Part shown: piece after piece, positions 48,278 through 58,367 of the stretch
How positions within the stretch are numbered: position 1 is the stretch's first letter
How the letters are laid out: every line of letters begins with the position of its first letter
NCBI GenBank assembly: GCA_049515535.1
Contig: JBEKTZ010000007.1
Location: 62,001-126,000 of the forward strand
Reading direction: 5' to 3'
DNA: 64,000 nucleotides
Source of the DNA: Candidatus Aminicenantales bacterium
GTDB taxonomy: Bacteria > Acidobacteriota > Aminicenantia > Aminicenantales > UBA4085
Program-made: the position numbers and the translations under genes
Notes under the pieces: model-generated
What the model was told of the DNA's origin: nothing
Database searches by the model: none
Seen by the model: only the letters and a program-made list of their open reading frames with translations

Positions 48278-49015
48278 TTGCGTGATTTTAAGGATGGGCA
48301 TAGGAATAAATTCCTAAAAACGTTTTGTCTGATTTCTCTCATTGCGGGCTTGCAGATACCGGCCAACGGTGAGATTTTCAAAACATTTGTGGCGGAGTTT
48401 ATTCGCGAATATTCCACTCAAAGCAAACAGGAGATATTGAAGGGGAAGCTCTTTTATGAGGCGGATTCCGGCAAACTGCTGATTGAGGTTGATACGCCCA
48501 TCCATCAATGGATGATTCTCCAAGGAAATGAAACGCTTATTTATTATCCAGAAACGATGCAGGCCTTTCGTATTCGATCAAAAGCGGAGGCCGTGATGCC
48601 TTTTTTTAAGGTTATCCTAGGCTGTCTCAAGGAGGATTTTGGATTAAGTCAGCAAGGGTACACATTGGCTCATTATGAAAAAAAAGGCAGCGTATTGCTT
48701 TCGACCTGGAGCCCCCCACCTCAATTGTCGAAACTCATTGGGAATGCCGTTTTAGAATGTCAGACCAATAAAATCATGCGCATAGAATATCATACACCTG
48801 ACGGGAAACTTTTAAGTCAAGCGATCTTACGTCAGCATGTGTTCTTCAGCGGATCTTATTTTCCTTTAGAGGTTTCCATTTCTTACAAAACCAATCAGGA
48901 AGCTAGGGCGGAGAAAGTGGTTTATGCCCATCCTCAGTTCAATGCTCCGCTGCCTGGCGATATCAGGGAATTCAAAATACCTCCCGGAGCAAAGGTAAAA
49001 GACATTGAATGGTAA
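48278..49015 (+). CDS. LolA-like periplasmic protein
   Basis: GKLFY, TP..Q, LIYYPE, N.PLP....F.IP.GA.V; start codon uncertain. Confidence 0.6.
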   Translation: MRDFKDGHRNKFLKTFCLISLIAGLQIPANGEIFKTFVAEFIREYSTQSKQEILKGKLFYEADSGKLLIEVDTPIHQWMILQGNETLIYYPETMQAFRIRSKAEAVMPFFKVILGCLKEDFGLSQQGYTLAHYEKKGSVLLSTWSPPPQLSKLIGNAVLECQTNKIMRIEYHTPDGKLLSQAILRQHVFFSGSYFPLEVSISYKTNQEARAEKVVYAHPQFNAPLPGDIREFKIPPGAKVKDIEW

Positions 49016-49445
49016 GAGGATCGGAGCCTTCCTGACAACGTATCTGATCGCGGGCGCCCTCTCGTTCTCATCCGGACAATTCCGGGATGACCTCGCTTTC
49101 ATCGTGAGAAATCGGACACCCGCGATAAAAGCAGAGGAGAACTCTTTTCGGCGGGCTCTGGAGAACGGGTCAGAACTGAAGTCCGCCGTCGTGGGCCTCC
49201 TCCGGTTTTATCAGATCTGCATTTCCTCCCAGGATACATCCGTCTGCAATTTTCTCATGAGTTGTTCGCATTTCGGCATGGAGGCCATCCAAGAATATGG
49301 AATCCTCCATGGGCTCTTAATGGCCTCCGACCGGCTTCAGAGATGTAACGGACTGAGCCGGAAATTTTATCCCGAAGACCCGAAGACCACGTTGGCGATC
49401 GATTTCCCCCTGGAGGCCTACTATCTCGGACGGGTCAAAAAGTGA
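49005..49445 (+). CDS. YidD-like (membrane protein insertion efficiency factor family) protein with N-terminal extension
   Basis: FYQICISSQ...CNF..SCS.F..EAI..YG...G.....RLQRCN. Confidence 0.8.
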   Translation: MNGKRIGAFLTTYLIAGALSFSSGQFRDDLAFIVRNRTPAIKAEENSFRRALENGSELKSAVVGLLRFYQICISSQDTSVCNFLMSCSHFGMEAIQEYGILHGLLMASDRLQRCNGLSRKFYPEDPKTTLAIDFPLEAYYLGRVKK

Positions 49446-50326
49446 GACGTCTTTTTTTGTTATGGATGACGGCATCGCTCCTGGGGACGTTCCGACCGGC
49501 CGCCGGCCAGGAGATCGTCTATTTTTCGCCTGAAAACATCCTGCGTTTCGCGGATGCTCTTTTCCAGGAGAAAGATTATGGACGGGCCGCAGCCGAATAC
49601 CGGCGTTATCTCATGACCGGGGATATGCCTTCCACAACCGCCGCTTCGATCTATTTCAAGATCGGCCTTTGCTACAGGCTCGCCCAGGACTATCCGAAGT
49701 CGATTTCCGTTTTTCAAACCATCATCGAAAAACATTCGCAGAGCGAAGCGGCCGAGGATTCGTTTTATCAGGTCGCCTACAATCATTTTTTATGGGGACG
49801 ATATGAGGATTCCTTGTCCTTGGTGGACAGTTTTTTGCCCAGGATCGGGCCGCCGGAGAAAAAGCTGAAGCTATTACAACTGAAGGGGATGAATTTTCTT
49901 TATCAGAAAAAATGGCAACAGGCGGATGCCTATCTCCGGATCCTTTCCGAGACGGCCGTCCCGGATCCTCTGACCGCGACGATGAAAACGTTCGCCGAAC
50001 AAGGCCAGCGTCTTCCCCATAAAAGTCCGTTTCTGGCAGGAGTCCTATCGGGCTTAATCCCCGGAATGGGCAAGATCTATGCCGGCCGGACGAGTGACGG
50101 GTTGTTTTCCCTGTTCACCATCGCCCTTACCGGCTGGCAGGCTTACGAGGGTTTTCACAAGGACGGAATTCGTTCGATGAAAGGCTGGATCTACGGCTCG
50201 CTTGGGGCCTTTTTCTATGTCGGGAACATCTATGGTTCCATCGCCGCCGTGAGGATATTCAATGAACAATCGGAAAATCAGCTTCTTCAGAGAATAGGAA
50301 TGACCGTGAATGTTTATTTTCAATAA
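49442..50326 (+). CDS. Exported TPR protein with C-terminal TM2-like membrane region
   Basis: Signal peptide, TPR helices, KSPFLAGVLS..IPGMGKIYAG. Confidence 0.8.
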   Translation: MRRLFLLWMTASLLGTFRPAAGQEIVYFSPENILRFADALFQEKDYGRAAAEYRRYLMTGDMPSTTAASIYFKIGLCYRLAQDYPKSISVFQTIIEKHSQSEAAEDSFYQVAYNHFLWGRYEDSLSLVDSFLPRIGPPEKKLKLLQLKGMNFLYQKKWQQADAYLRILSETAVPDPLTATMKTFAEQGQRLPHKSPFLAGVLSGLIPGMGKIYAGRTSDGLFSLFTIALTGWQAYEGFHKDGIRSMKGWIYGSLGAFFYVGNIYGSIAAVRIFNEQSENQLLQRIGMTVNVYFQ

Positions 50327-51179
50327 ATTTTTTCAGGTGGGGCTCGTCCTCTGCCTTTCGGCCTTACCCGTTCGTTCGGATCGCGTCCTGAGCTTCGCCG
50401 ATCATCTCTTTGTGGTGGGCCAGGATGAGGAGGCCATCACGGAATACAAGAGATATGTCTTTTTTCATTCCGAGGATCCCGAGAACACCGTGGGATACGC
50501 GTATTATAAGATGGGATTGGCTTATCGGAATCAAAGCCGCTGGGACGAGGCCATCGCTATGCTCCAGAAATCCGTTCAATCCGAGAACGAGGAGAGGGTG
50601 AGAGACGAACGCCGCATCACCCTGGGCGTCACGCTGATCGCCTGCGGCCGCTTCGGCGAGGCCGATTTTCTCCTTCTGAAAATCGAGATATTCAGCCCCT
50701 TTGACGAGACGATAAAAAAGGCCTCCTTCTTTCGCGGCATCTGCAATCTTTACACGTCTAATTGGGCCGAAGCCCGAACCGCCTTCCAGAGCTATTTTCG
50801 CGGACAGCGGCCTGAAACGGGCGATCTCGAAATGAAGGTCGACGAACTTCTCTCCCAGGCTCCCAAAATCGGATACAAATCTCCCGGGCTGGCCAAAGCA
50901 CTCTCAACAGTCGTTCCTGGCTTGGGCCAAATCTACGCTACGGATTGGGCCGGTGGGATCAATGCCTTGGTGATCAATGCCGCGATGGGCTATCTGGTCG
51001 TCCATGACTTGGCCCAAAAGCAAATACTGGACGCCGTCTTCAACGCGCTCTTTTTGTTCGAGCGATTTTATAGCGGAAACCGGCAGAATTCCGAAGAAGC
51101 GGTGACGAGGTATAATCAGAACTTGAATCGCCAATTCGTCGCTCAGATCTTGAAGATCCTGGAAAGAGTGGACAAGTGA
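50310..51179 (+). CDS. Paralogous TPR protein with TM2-like region
   Basis: FADHLF, EYKRY, KSPGLA..LS.VVPGLGQIY. Confidence 0.8.
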   Translation: MFIFNKFFQVGLVLCLSALPVRSDRVLSFADHLFVVGQDEEAITEYKRYVFFHSEDPENTVGYAYYKMGLAYRNQSRWDEAIAMLQKSVQSENEERVRDERRITLGVTLIACGRFGEADFLLLKIEIFSPFDETIKKASFFRGICNLYTSNWAEARTAFQSYFRGQRPETGDLEMKVDELLSQAPKIGYKSPGLAKALSTVVPGLGQIYATDWAGGINALVINAAMGYLVVHDLAQKQILDAVFNALFLFERFYSGNRQNSEEAVTRYNQNLNRQFVAQILKILERVDK

Positions 51180-51754
51180 GATTCACGCGCGTGATGGGGA
51201 GAATTCTTCTCGGAATCGTGACCCTGTCCGCTGTCTCTCCCGCGGCAACGAAAAGATGCATTGAAGATAGGTATCACGAAGCCGGTCTTCTGCTCGACGC
51301 TGGCCGCTATGCCGAAGCGCTGATCGTTTACAAGGAGGCTTTAAAGGAGGACGGCGTCCTCGATGGTAAAAAAAGGTCGAGGATTTTCAACAACATAGGG
51401 TATTGTCATTACAAGCTCGACGACCTCGATGCGGCCATTGATTATTATCGGCAGGCCCTCGAGATCGATACGGACTATGCTGTCTGTCTCAACAATATGG
51501 CCGTTGTTCTGATGAACCAGAAGAGATACAAGGACGCCCTCCCGTACCTCGAGCGGGCTGACCTGATCCAGAAAAACGTCAAAATTCTCTTCAATCTGTT
51601 CTCCGCCCATTATTATTTGGACAACCGGAAAGAGGCCCTAGCCTATATCAAGGATGCGTTCCGCTTGGACGAGGACTATACGGAAGATCGCTTGAAGAAA
51701 AAGAACATCAGCCGAGAGGATATTGATCGGCTGAAGAAATATATCAGGGACTGA
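51176..51754 (+). CDS. Exported TPR protein
   Basis: Signal-like N-terminus; NNIGY.....D.D.AI.YY..ALEI. Confidence 0.8.
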   Translation: MRFTRVMGRILLGIVTLSAVSPAATKRCIEDRYHEAGLLLDAGRYAEALIVYKEALKEDGVLDGKKRSRIFNNIGYCHYKLDDLDAAIDYYRQALEIDTDYAVCLNNMAVVLMNQKRYKDALPYLERADLIQKNVKILFNLFSAHYYLDNRKEALAYIKDAFRLDEDYTEDRLKKKNISREDIDRLKKYIRD

Positions 51755-52497
51755 TCTTGGGGGATTGGCTTAGAGAGCTCTCTCCAAACCAGCTTGGTGG
51801 CTGCGATCTCCGCGACCCCCCCCCATTTCTCAGCCCATCTCTCCCCCCTTTTCTGGAATAAAAAAATCCGGTCCCCGCGTCTATGATGAACGCAATGACC
51901 AGATGCACTTTCAGGCCAGAACGCGTATTTTACGAAGAAGGTTACGCCGAGTGCAGTGCTGAAGCTCGACCTACTTCTAATCAAAGGGTTCATGAGTAGG
52001 AGGCTGATGGCCATCTTGGGCAAAATATCGCGTTGTCGATTATACGGCTCACGGCTTGAATATTTGATTATTAAAGCGATCAGCGAACGAATCGGCTTTT
52101 GCGAACCTCCCTTGAGGAGATTCGTTTTCGGATAATCAAGATGTGGTATAAGTCTCGGAGTGTAATCTTTTGTCCCTTGGATCGGAGGCTCCAGATTTTG
52201 CCGTATTGTTGCTACCCGCGCTAAGTGATGGAAGTCGGCGTCGTCCAGTCCATCCATTTGTCTCATCGACTAGCAACCCGGGAAACCTTCCGTCTCCGGG
52301 CCAACAGCGCGCGAGCTAGAGCACGCTCTATCGCTCGTTAAGGAGTTAGGGCAACTAACAAGTTGGCCGCCTATGAAACACCGTAGATTAACTTTCTTAA
52401 TGGTAGACGGGACTCCAGTCAAATGCCCGGCTTGCCTTATACTCTAAATAAATCCGCTTATGATCATAAAATAATGAATCTTGCGAATTTCTAAATT

Positions 52498-53312
52498 TTA
52501 AAAAATAAATCCAATTGGAAGATCGAAGGATCCGGTGGAATTGCCTTTATAAATAATTAATCTAATACGTGGATTAAAGTAAAGCGCTCCGTATCTGACC
52601 CCAAAAAACAGATCAGTTGCAAACGCGGCTTCGACGTTTGAGTGCGATCCATAGCCGTGATAATATACGTCATCGACCGCAAACCCGAGGTTTAAACCTC
52701 CAAATATTCGGAATTTCTCGTTAAGCGGGTATCTATATTGTAGTTCCAGCATCGGCTGTAGCCGAAGCAGATTTGAGCTATACTTACCCGGGAAGAAATA
52801 TCCTCCAAGATACCCTCCGATATATATACGATCAACAACGCGAAGGAGGGCATGCAGTTCTATACCAAAACCGACAGAATAATACGAAGCCAAATCTCCT
52901 ATAGTTATGGCAAGCCCCCCCCCAAACCAAACAAAAAATCATTTTCGACTCCGACTTTTTTCGAAGAGTCGATAATTGGGGTCTTGACGGGTTTGACCTC
53001 TGCCTGCAGAGCACCTTGTTCCGGTTTTATGCCGCCATGGCTGGCGACGTCGACGACGCTGATGTTGATGAAGCCGGACATCGATAAACCCTTGTCGTCA
53101 GTGACCATGACTTCATACCAGTCGCCAATCTTCTGATGTGACTCGAGCGTGGTCCCGATCTTCATTTGTTTAATAATCGAGGCGTTAATGTCCGGCTCGG
53201 ACCGGATATTGGCCACTTGAACCTTGACCTTCAGGATTGTAGTCTCCTGGGCCCAAAGGCCGACGAAGGCGAGAGTGAATATAACAAGACACAGGATAGC
53301 GATGCGTTTCAT
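52498..53312 (-). pseudogene. SH3b plus outer-membrane beta-barrel gene, frameshifted in a G9 tract
   Basis: ORF1: signal peptide and SH3 (ANIRSEP, GDWYEV, GFI). ORF2: beta barrel ending IGFIF. Adding one G joins them. Confidence 0.75.
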
Positions 53313-53772
53313 GTCCCCTCCTTTCCGACGTTAATCATAGGTTGTTCCTTTTATTAAGGGGATAAGAAATTTCCTTCTTGTGTTGCAAAACTTTCGCTTT
53401 CCTAAGACGCGAAATTAGTATCCCCCCTATATATAAAAATAATAATCCCGGTAGCGGATCGTTGTCAATGGCGATGTTTTCCAAGTCGGAACCATAGTTG
53501 GGCGTTGGTTAAAAGCAAGCCCAATTTTGACATTATCGCCAAATGAAGGGTATAAGAAATTGCTTACACGAATTGCGCTTTACTTGAGCTCGGAATAAAT
53601 ATCCGGCATCGTGAAAAAATATTAATCGCGGACAAGGGCCCTATTTACCGAAATTGTTTTCTGGAATATTTACGCGCTCAGATGACCGACAGCATCACCT
53701 CGCGCTTAAAAATGATTCCGGTCGAAAAAAAACGGAGCCGCCGCCATGTGTTAAAATGGATCAACGCGAGTC

Positions 53773-53965
53773 ATGGCGAAACATAAGACTTGATCGTTTC
53801 TTCTCAAAGTTGTCTTCAACCTCGCTGTCCTCGTGTCCGTATTCTCGAAAACTCCTCTCCGGTACATCGGCCAGTCGCTCGCCGGCGTGACCTAGTCGTG
53901 GCTCGTCCTCGCTTTTTCCCTTTTTGCTCCCGGGCTTCTCATTAGCGCCTTCAGGGGTAGAGATT
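53773..53965 (+). pseudogene. Degenerate 5' fragment of a UPF0104 flippase paralog
   Basis: Translates MAKHKT*SFLLKVVFNLAVLV...IGQSLAGVT*SWLVLAFSL..PGLLISAFR, colinear with the N-terminus of 43887-44831. Confidence 0.75.
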
Positions 53966-53967
53966 CT

Positions 53968-54006
53968 ATCCCCCGACCCTCTTCGGAGGGCGGGGGATTT
54001 TTTTTT
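53968..54006 (+). terminator. Intrinsic terminator (right copy)
   Basis: Same hairpin as 46422, with a TTCG loop and T-run. Confidence 0.8.
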
Positions 54007-54115
54007 ATACATTCGACGGCGCAAACCCCCGATTTTTAAATCGGGGTAAAAGCGCCGCTCAGTATTAACCCTGAATATACCCCGGGCTTCTGCCCGGGGA
54101 GCCGAATGGGTTTAT
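54004..54115 (+). mobile_element. Cloverleaf element, copy D
   Basis: TTTAT-[102 bp]-TTTAT; the empty homologous site is at 46458-46462. Confidence 0.85.
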
Positions 54116-57100
54116 AGATATTCGGCCCAGTGCTTGATCGGAAGAAGCTCGGCCCGTTTCGAGGCCAGGGCCTGGACGAAAAGTTCGGCGATCTGGAGGT
54201 TCGTCAGGAGCGGAATGGAAAAATCGACGGCCGTCCGCCGCAGGAGATAATCGCTGTCGAAGGAAGCCTTTTTTTCCGGGTCGGGGACCGAAATGACGAA
54301 ATCGATCTTCCGTTCGGCGAGATAGTCCTTGATATTGGGCTTCTTTCGCTCGTGGACTTTATGGAGGCGCGTGCTCGGGATGTCGTGGCCGTTGAGAAAA
54401 ACCGATGTCTGTTCGGTGGCATAGAGAATATAGCCCAGGCCGTGGAGGCGTCGGGCCGATTCCAGGAATTTCATCTTGTCCCCGCGGCTGCCGATGCTGA
54501 GGAGGAGGGACCGTTTCGGTAAGACGAAACCCGCCGAGAGGATGGATTTCAGGAACGCCTCATGGACGTCTTCGCCGAGGCAGGCGACTTCGCCCGTCGA
54601 GGCCATCTCGACGCCCAGCGTCGGATCCGCTCCCTTGAGCCGGGAAAAAGAGAACTGGGGGGCTTTGACGCCGACATAATTGAGATCGAGCGTGGACTTC
54701 GTGTTTTTCGGATGTCGGCCGAGCATGGCCTCGACCGCCAGCTCGATGAAGTTGACTTTGGATACTTTGCTCACGAAGGGGAACGAGCGCGATGCCCGCA
54801 GGTTGCACTCGATGACCTTGATCTCGTTGTCCTTGGCGATGAACTGGATGTTGAACGGCCCGCTGATGTCGAGGGCCGCGGCGATCTTCATCCCGGTCGC
54901 GCGGATCTTGCGTATGGTTTCGATATAGGTCTTCTGGGGGGGCAGAACCATGGTCGCGTCCCCGGAATGCACGCCGGCGTTCTCCACGTGCTCGACGATG
55001 GCCGAAACGATGATTTCGCCGTCCTTGGCCACGGCGTCCATTTCGATCTCCTTGGCGTTGAGGATGAATTTGCTGATGACGACGGGGTATTCGGGCGAGA
55101 CGCGCGAGGCCTTCTTCAGGTAGACGTCGAGATCTTTATTATCAAAGACGACGCTCATCGCCGCGCCGCTGAGAACATAGGACGGCCGGACGAGGACGGG
55201 GAAGCCCGCCGTCGCGGCGAAGGCCTCGGCCTCCTTGACGCTCCGCAACTCCCGCCATGCGGGCTGGTTGATGCCGAGCCTGTCCAGGAGACTGGAGAAC
55301 TTGGTTCGGTTCTCCGCCTTGTCGATGGATTCCGGCGAGGTCCCGAGGATGCGCAGGCCGGCCTTGAAACACTTCATGGCCAGATTGTTCGGGATCTGCC
55401 CGCCCATGGCCAGGATGATCCCCCGCGGATTCTCGCGCTTGTAAATGTCGAGCACGCGCTCGAAGCTCAACTCCTCGAAGTAGAGGCGGTCGCAGATGTC
55501 GTAGTCGGTGGACACGGTCTCGGGATTGTAGTTGACCATGATGGTCTCGTAGCCCATCTTCTTGAGGTGGACGACGGCCGAGACGCAGCACCAGTCGAAC
55601 TCGACGGACGAGCCGATGCTGTAGGAGCCTGAGCCCAGAACCATGACCTTGTTTCCGCCCGGGCCGAAGCGGACGTCGTCCTCCTGACCGTGATAGGTCA
55701 TATAGAGGTAATTCGTTCGGGCCGGATATTCGGCGGCCAGGGTGTCGATCTGTTTGACCACGGGCAACACCCGGAGACGCGTCCGCTTTTTCCGGACGTC
55801 GAGCTCATCGGATCCGGTGAGAATGGCGATTTGCTTATCCGAAAATCCCTTGCGCTTGGCTTCGGACATGAGCGCGGCGGACAGCGTCGCGAGCGAGTGC
55901 TCGCGGATCTTTTTTTCGACCGCGACGATGTTTTTGATCTTGGCCAGGAACCAGCGGTCGATCCTCGTCAGGCGGTGGATCCGGTCGATGGACACGCCTT
56001 TTTTCAGAGCCTCGGCGATCCCGAAGAGGCGCTCGTCGGTCGGCTGGCGCAGTTCCTTCTCCAGGTTCTTGAAGGAATAGCTCTCGTTGCCGACGACGCC
56101 GTACATGCCGATCTGCAGCATCCGGGTCGCTTTCTGGATGGCCTCCTCGAAATTGCGGCCGATGGCCATGACTTCGCCGACGGACTTCATCTCTGAGCCG
56201 ATTTTTTTCGAGACGCGCCGGAATTTCTTGAGGTCCCATCGGGGGATCTTGACGACGAGATAGTCGAGGGCCGGCTCGAAGCAGGCCGTCGTCTTCTTCG
56301 TGATCGAATTGATCAGGCCGGGGAGCGAATGTCCGAGCACGAGCTTGGCCGCGACGAAGGCCAGCGGATAGCCCGTGGCCTTGCTGGCCAGGGCCGAGCT
56401 CCGCGACAGGCGGGCGTTGACCTCGATGATCCGGTAATCGCCGTCCTTCGGATTGAGGGCGAACTGGATATTGCATTCCCCGATGATCCCAAGATGCCGG
56501 ACGGCCTTGATCGAGATCTCGCGCAGGCGGTGATATTCCGCGTTGGTCAGGGTCTGCGACGGGGCGATGACGATGCTCTCGCCGGTGTGGATCCCCATCG
56601 GATCGAAGTTCTCCATGTTGCAGACCGTGATGCAGTTGTCGTCCATGTCGCGGACGACCTCGTATTCGATTTCCTTCCACCCTTCGAGATATTCCTCGAT
56701 CAAAACCTGGGGGGAATGGGCGAACGCCTTTTTGAGGGCTTCCCTGAGCTCTTTTTCGTTCAAGGCCAGGCCGCTGCCCCGGCCGCCCAGCGCGTAGGCG
56801 ACGCGGGCCATGACGGGATAGCCGATGTCCCTAGCGATGCGCAGGCCTTCCTGAAGGTTCTTGGCCGCGACGCCCTTCGGAGATTTGAGGCCGGATTCCG
56901 CCAGCCGGGCGTTGAAAAGCTCCCGGTCCTCGGTATTCTCGATGGCTTCGATGGGCGTGCCGAGAACGGCGACGCGGTATTTCGCGAACACGCCCGCTTT
57001 CGCCAGGGCCACCCCGCAGTTGAGCGCGGTCTGGCCGCCGAACGAAAGAAGAATCCCGTCGGGCCGCTCCCTGGCGATCACCCTCTCGACGAACGGGGGC

Positions 57101-57294
57101 GTCACCGGAAGGAAATAGACTTTGTCGGCGAGATAATCCGAGGTCTGGATCGTAGCGATATTGGGGTTGATGAGGACGACTTCGATGCCCTCCTCCTTGA
57201 GGGCTTTGATGGCCTGGCTGCCCGAATAATCGAACTCCCCCGCTTCGCCGATCTTGAGGGCGCCGCTGCCGAGGAGGACCGCTTTTTTTATCAT
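54112..57294 (-). CDS. carB: Carbamoyl-phosphate synthase large subunit
   Basis: GEFDYSGSQA, two ATP-grasp domains (IHTGES, GVHSGDA), MGS domain. Confidence 0.98.
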   Translation of the reverse strand: MIKKAVLLGSGALKIGEAGEFDYSGSQAIKALKEEGIEVVLINPNIATIQTSDYLADKVYFLPVTPPFVERVIARERPDGILLSFGGQTALNCGVALAKAGVFAKYRVAVLGTPIEAIENTEDRELFNARLAESGLKSPKGVAAKNLQEGLRIARDIGYPVMARVAYALGGRGSGLALNEKELREALKKAFAHSPQVLIEEYLEGWKEIEYEVVRDMDDNCITVCNMENFDPMGIHTGESIVIAPSQTLTNAEYHRLREISIKAVRHLGIIGECNIQFALNPKDGDYRIIEVNARLSRSSALASKATGYPLAFVAAKLVLGHSLPGLINSITKKTTACFEPALDYLVVKIPRWDLKKFRRVSKKIGSEMKSVGEVMAIGRNFEEAIQKATRMLQIGMYGVVGNESYSFKNLEKELRQPTDERLFGIAEALKKGVSIDRIHRLTRIDRWFLAKIKNIVAVEKKIREHSLATLSAALMSEAKRKGFSDKQIAILTGSDELDVRKKRTRLRVLPVVKQIDTLAAEYPARTNYLYMTYHGQEDDVRFGPGGNKVMVLGSGSYSIGSSVEFDWCCVSAVVHLKKMGYETIMVNYNPETVSTDYDICDRLYFEELSFERVLDIYKRENPRGIILAMGGQIPNNLAMKCFKAGLRILGTSPESIDKAENRTKFSSLLDRLGINQPAWRELRSVKEAEAFAATAGFPVLVRPSYVLSGAAMSVVFDNKDLDVYLKKASRVSPEYPVVISKFILNAKEIEMDAVAKDGEIIVSAIVEHVENAGVHSGDATMVLPPQKTYIETIRKIRATGMKIAAALDISGPFNIQFIAKDNEIKVIECNLRASRSFPFVSKVSKVNFIELAVEAMLGRHPKNTKSTLDLNYVGVKAPQFSFSRLKGADPTLGVEMASTGEVACLGEDVHEAFLKSILSAGFVLPKRSLLLSIGSRGDKMKFLESARRLHGLGYILYATEQTSVFLNGHDIPSTRLHKVHERKKPNIKDYLAERKIDFVISVPDPEKKASFDSDYLLRRTAVDFSIPLLTNLQIAELFVQALASKRAELLPIKHWAEYL

Positions 57295-58367
57295 CCGATA
57301 CTGTCTAAAAATCGATCGAATAGAAACTCCGTGTCCGTCGGACCGGGGGCCCCTTCCGGGTGGAACTGGACGCTCATGAACGGCCCGGACCGGTGCCGGA
57401 TGCCTTCGTTCGTTTCATCGTTGACGTTCGTGAACCAGGGTCGCCAGGCCTTGGGCAGGCTTCGGACGTCCACGGCGAAACCGTGGTTCTGGCTCGTGAT
57501 ATAGCAGCGCTTCGTCCCTTCTTCCCGGCAAGGCTGGTTCTGGCCGCGGTGGCCGAACTTGAGTTTATAGGTGTTGCCGCCGGCGGCTAGGGCCAGGATC
57601 TGGTTGCCGAGGCAGATGCCGAAGATGGGGATCCTGTCTTGCATGAGCCGGCGGACCGTGGCGATCGTAGCCCCGCACTGCTTGGGATCTCCGGGGCCGT
57701 TGGAGATGATGACGCCGGCGGGCGCGTAATCCATGATCTTGGCATAGTCGGCTTCGGCCGGAACGCGGACGACCCTCGCGTTTCGACGCAGGAGGCACTG
57801 CAGGATGTTCATTTTCAGGCCGCAGTCGATGAGGGCCACGGTCTTCTTGCGGTCTTTGTTATAAACCTTGATTTTTTTCGTCGTGACCTCGGTGACCAGA
57901 CGGCGTTTGTTCGGGTCGGGGATGAGCCTGGCCTCGCGCCGCAGCCCGGCGAGGTCGGCCTTGGTGAAATAGGTCTCGAGGATCCCGAGCATAACGCCGC
58001 GGACGCGCAGTTTCTTGGTGAGAGCGCGCGTGTCGACGCCGGATATGCCGGGGATGCCGTTTTCCTTGAGCCAGTCGGACAGCGTCTTTTCCGACGTGGC
58101 GTGGGAAGGGACTTCGCACAATTCGGCGACGACGTACCCCCAGATCTTCGGCTTGTCGGATTCGAAACTCCTGGAGCTCACCCCGTAGTTGCCGATGAGC
58201 GGATAGGTTTGGCAGAGGATTTGGCCGTGATAGGAAGGGTCTGTGATCGACTCGGGATAGCCGACCATGCCCGTGTTAAATACGACTTCGCCCGAGACCT
58301 TGGCGAAGGCGCCGAAACCTTCGCCCGGCCAGACGCTGCCGTCTTCGAGGACCAGGACCGCTTTCAA
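57291..58367 (-). CDS. carA: Carbamoyl-phosphate synthase small subunit
   Basis: GEVVFNTGMVGY, SNGPGDP, GICLGNQ, QNHG, QFHPE; TTG start. Confidence 0.98.
   Translation of the reverse strand: MKAVLVLEDGSVWPGEGFGAFAKVSGEVVFNTGMVGYPESITDPSYHGQILCQTYPLIGNYGVSSRSFESDKPKIWGYVVAELCEVPSHATSEKTLSDWLKENGIPGISGVDTRALTKKLRVRGVMLGILETYFTKADLAGLRREARLIPDPNKRRLVTEVTTKKIKVYNKDRKKTVALIDCGLKMNILQCLLRRNARVVRVPAEADYAKIMDYAPAGVIISNGPGDPKQCGATIATVRRLMQDRIPIFGICLGNQILALAAGGNTYKLKFGHRGQNQPCREEGTKRCYITSQNHGFAVDVRSLPKAWRPWFTNVNDETNEGIRHRSGPFMSVQFHPEGAPGPTDTEFLFDRFLDSIG

Noticed and set aside
51816..51850. Tandem CCCATYTCTC 10-mers resembling integrase arm sites
   Set aside because: Only two copies in low-complexity sequence, not at the island ends, and no integrase present.
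51676..52266. 196-aa minus-strand ORF
   Set aside because: No SD or recognisable motif, and it overlaps the TPR gene; probably degraded or non-coding island DNA.
52299..52352. attC-like hairpin (CCAAC...GTTAGG)
   Set aside because: R boxes are poorly complementary, single occurrence, no cassette array or integron integrase.
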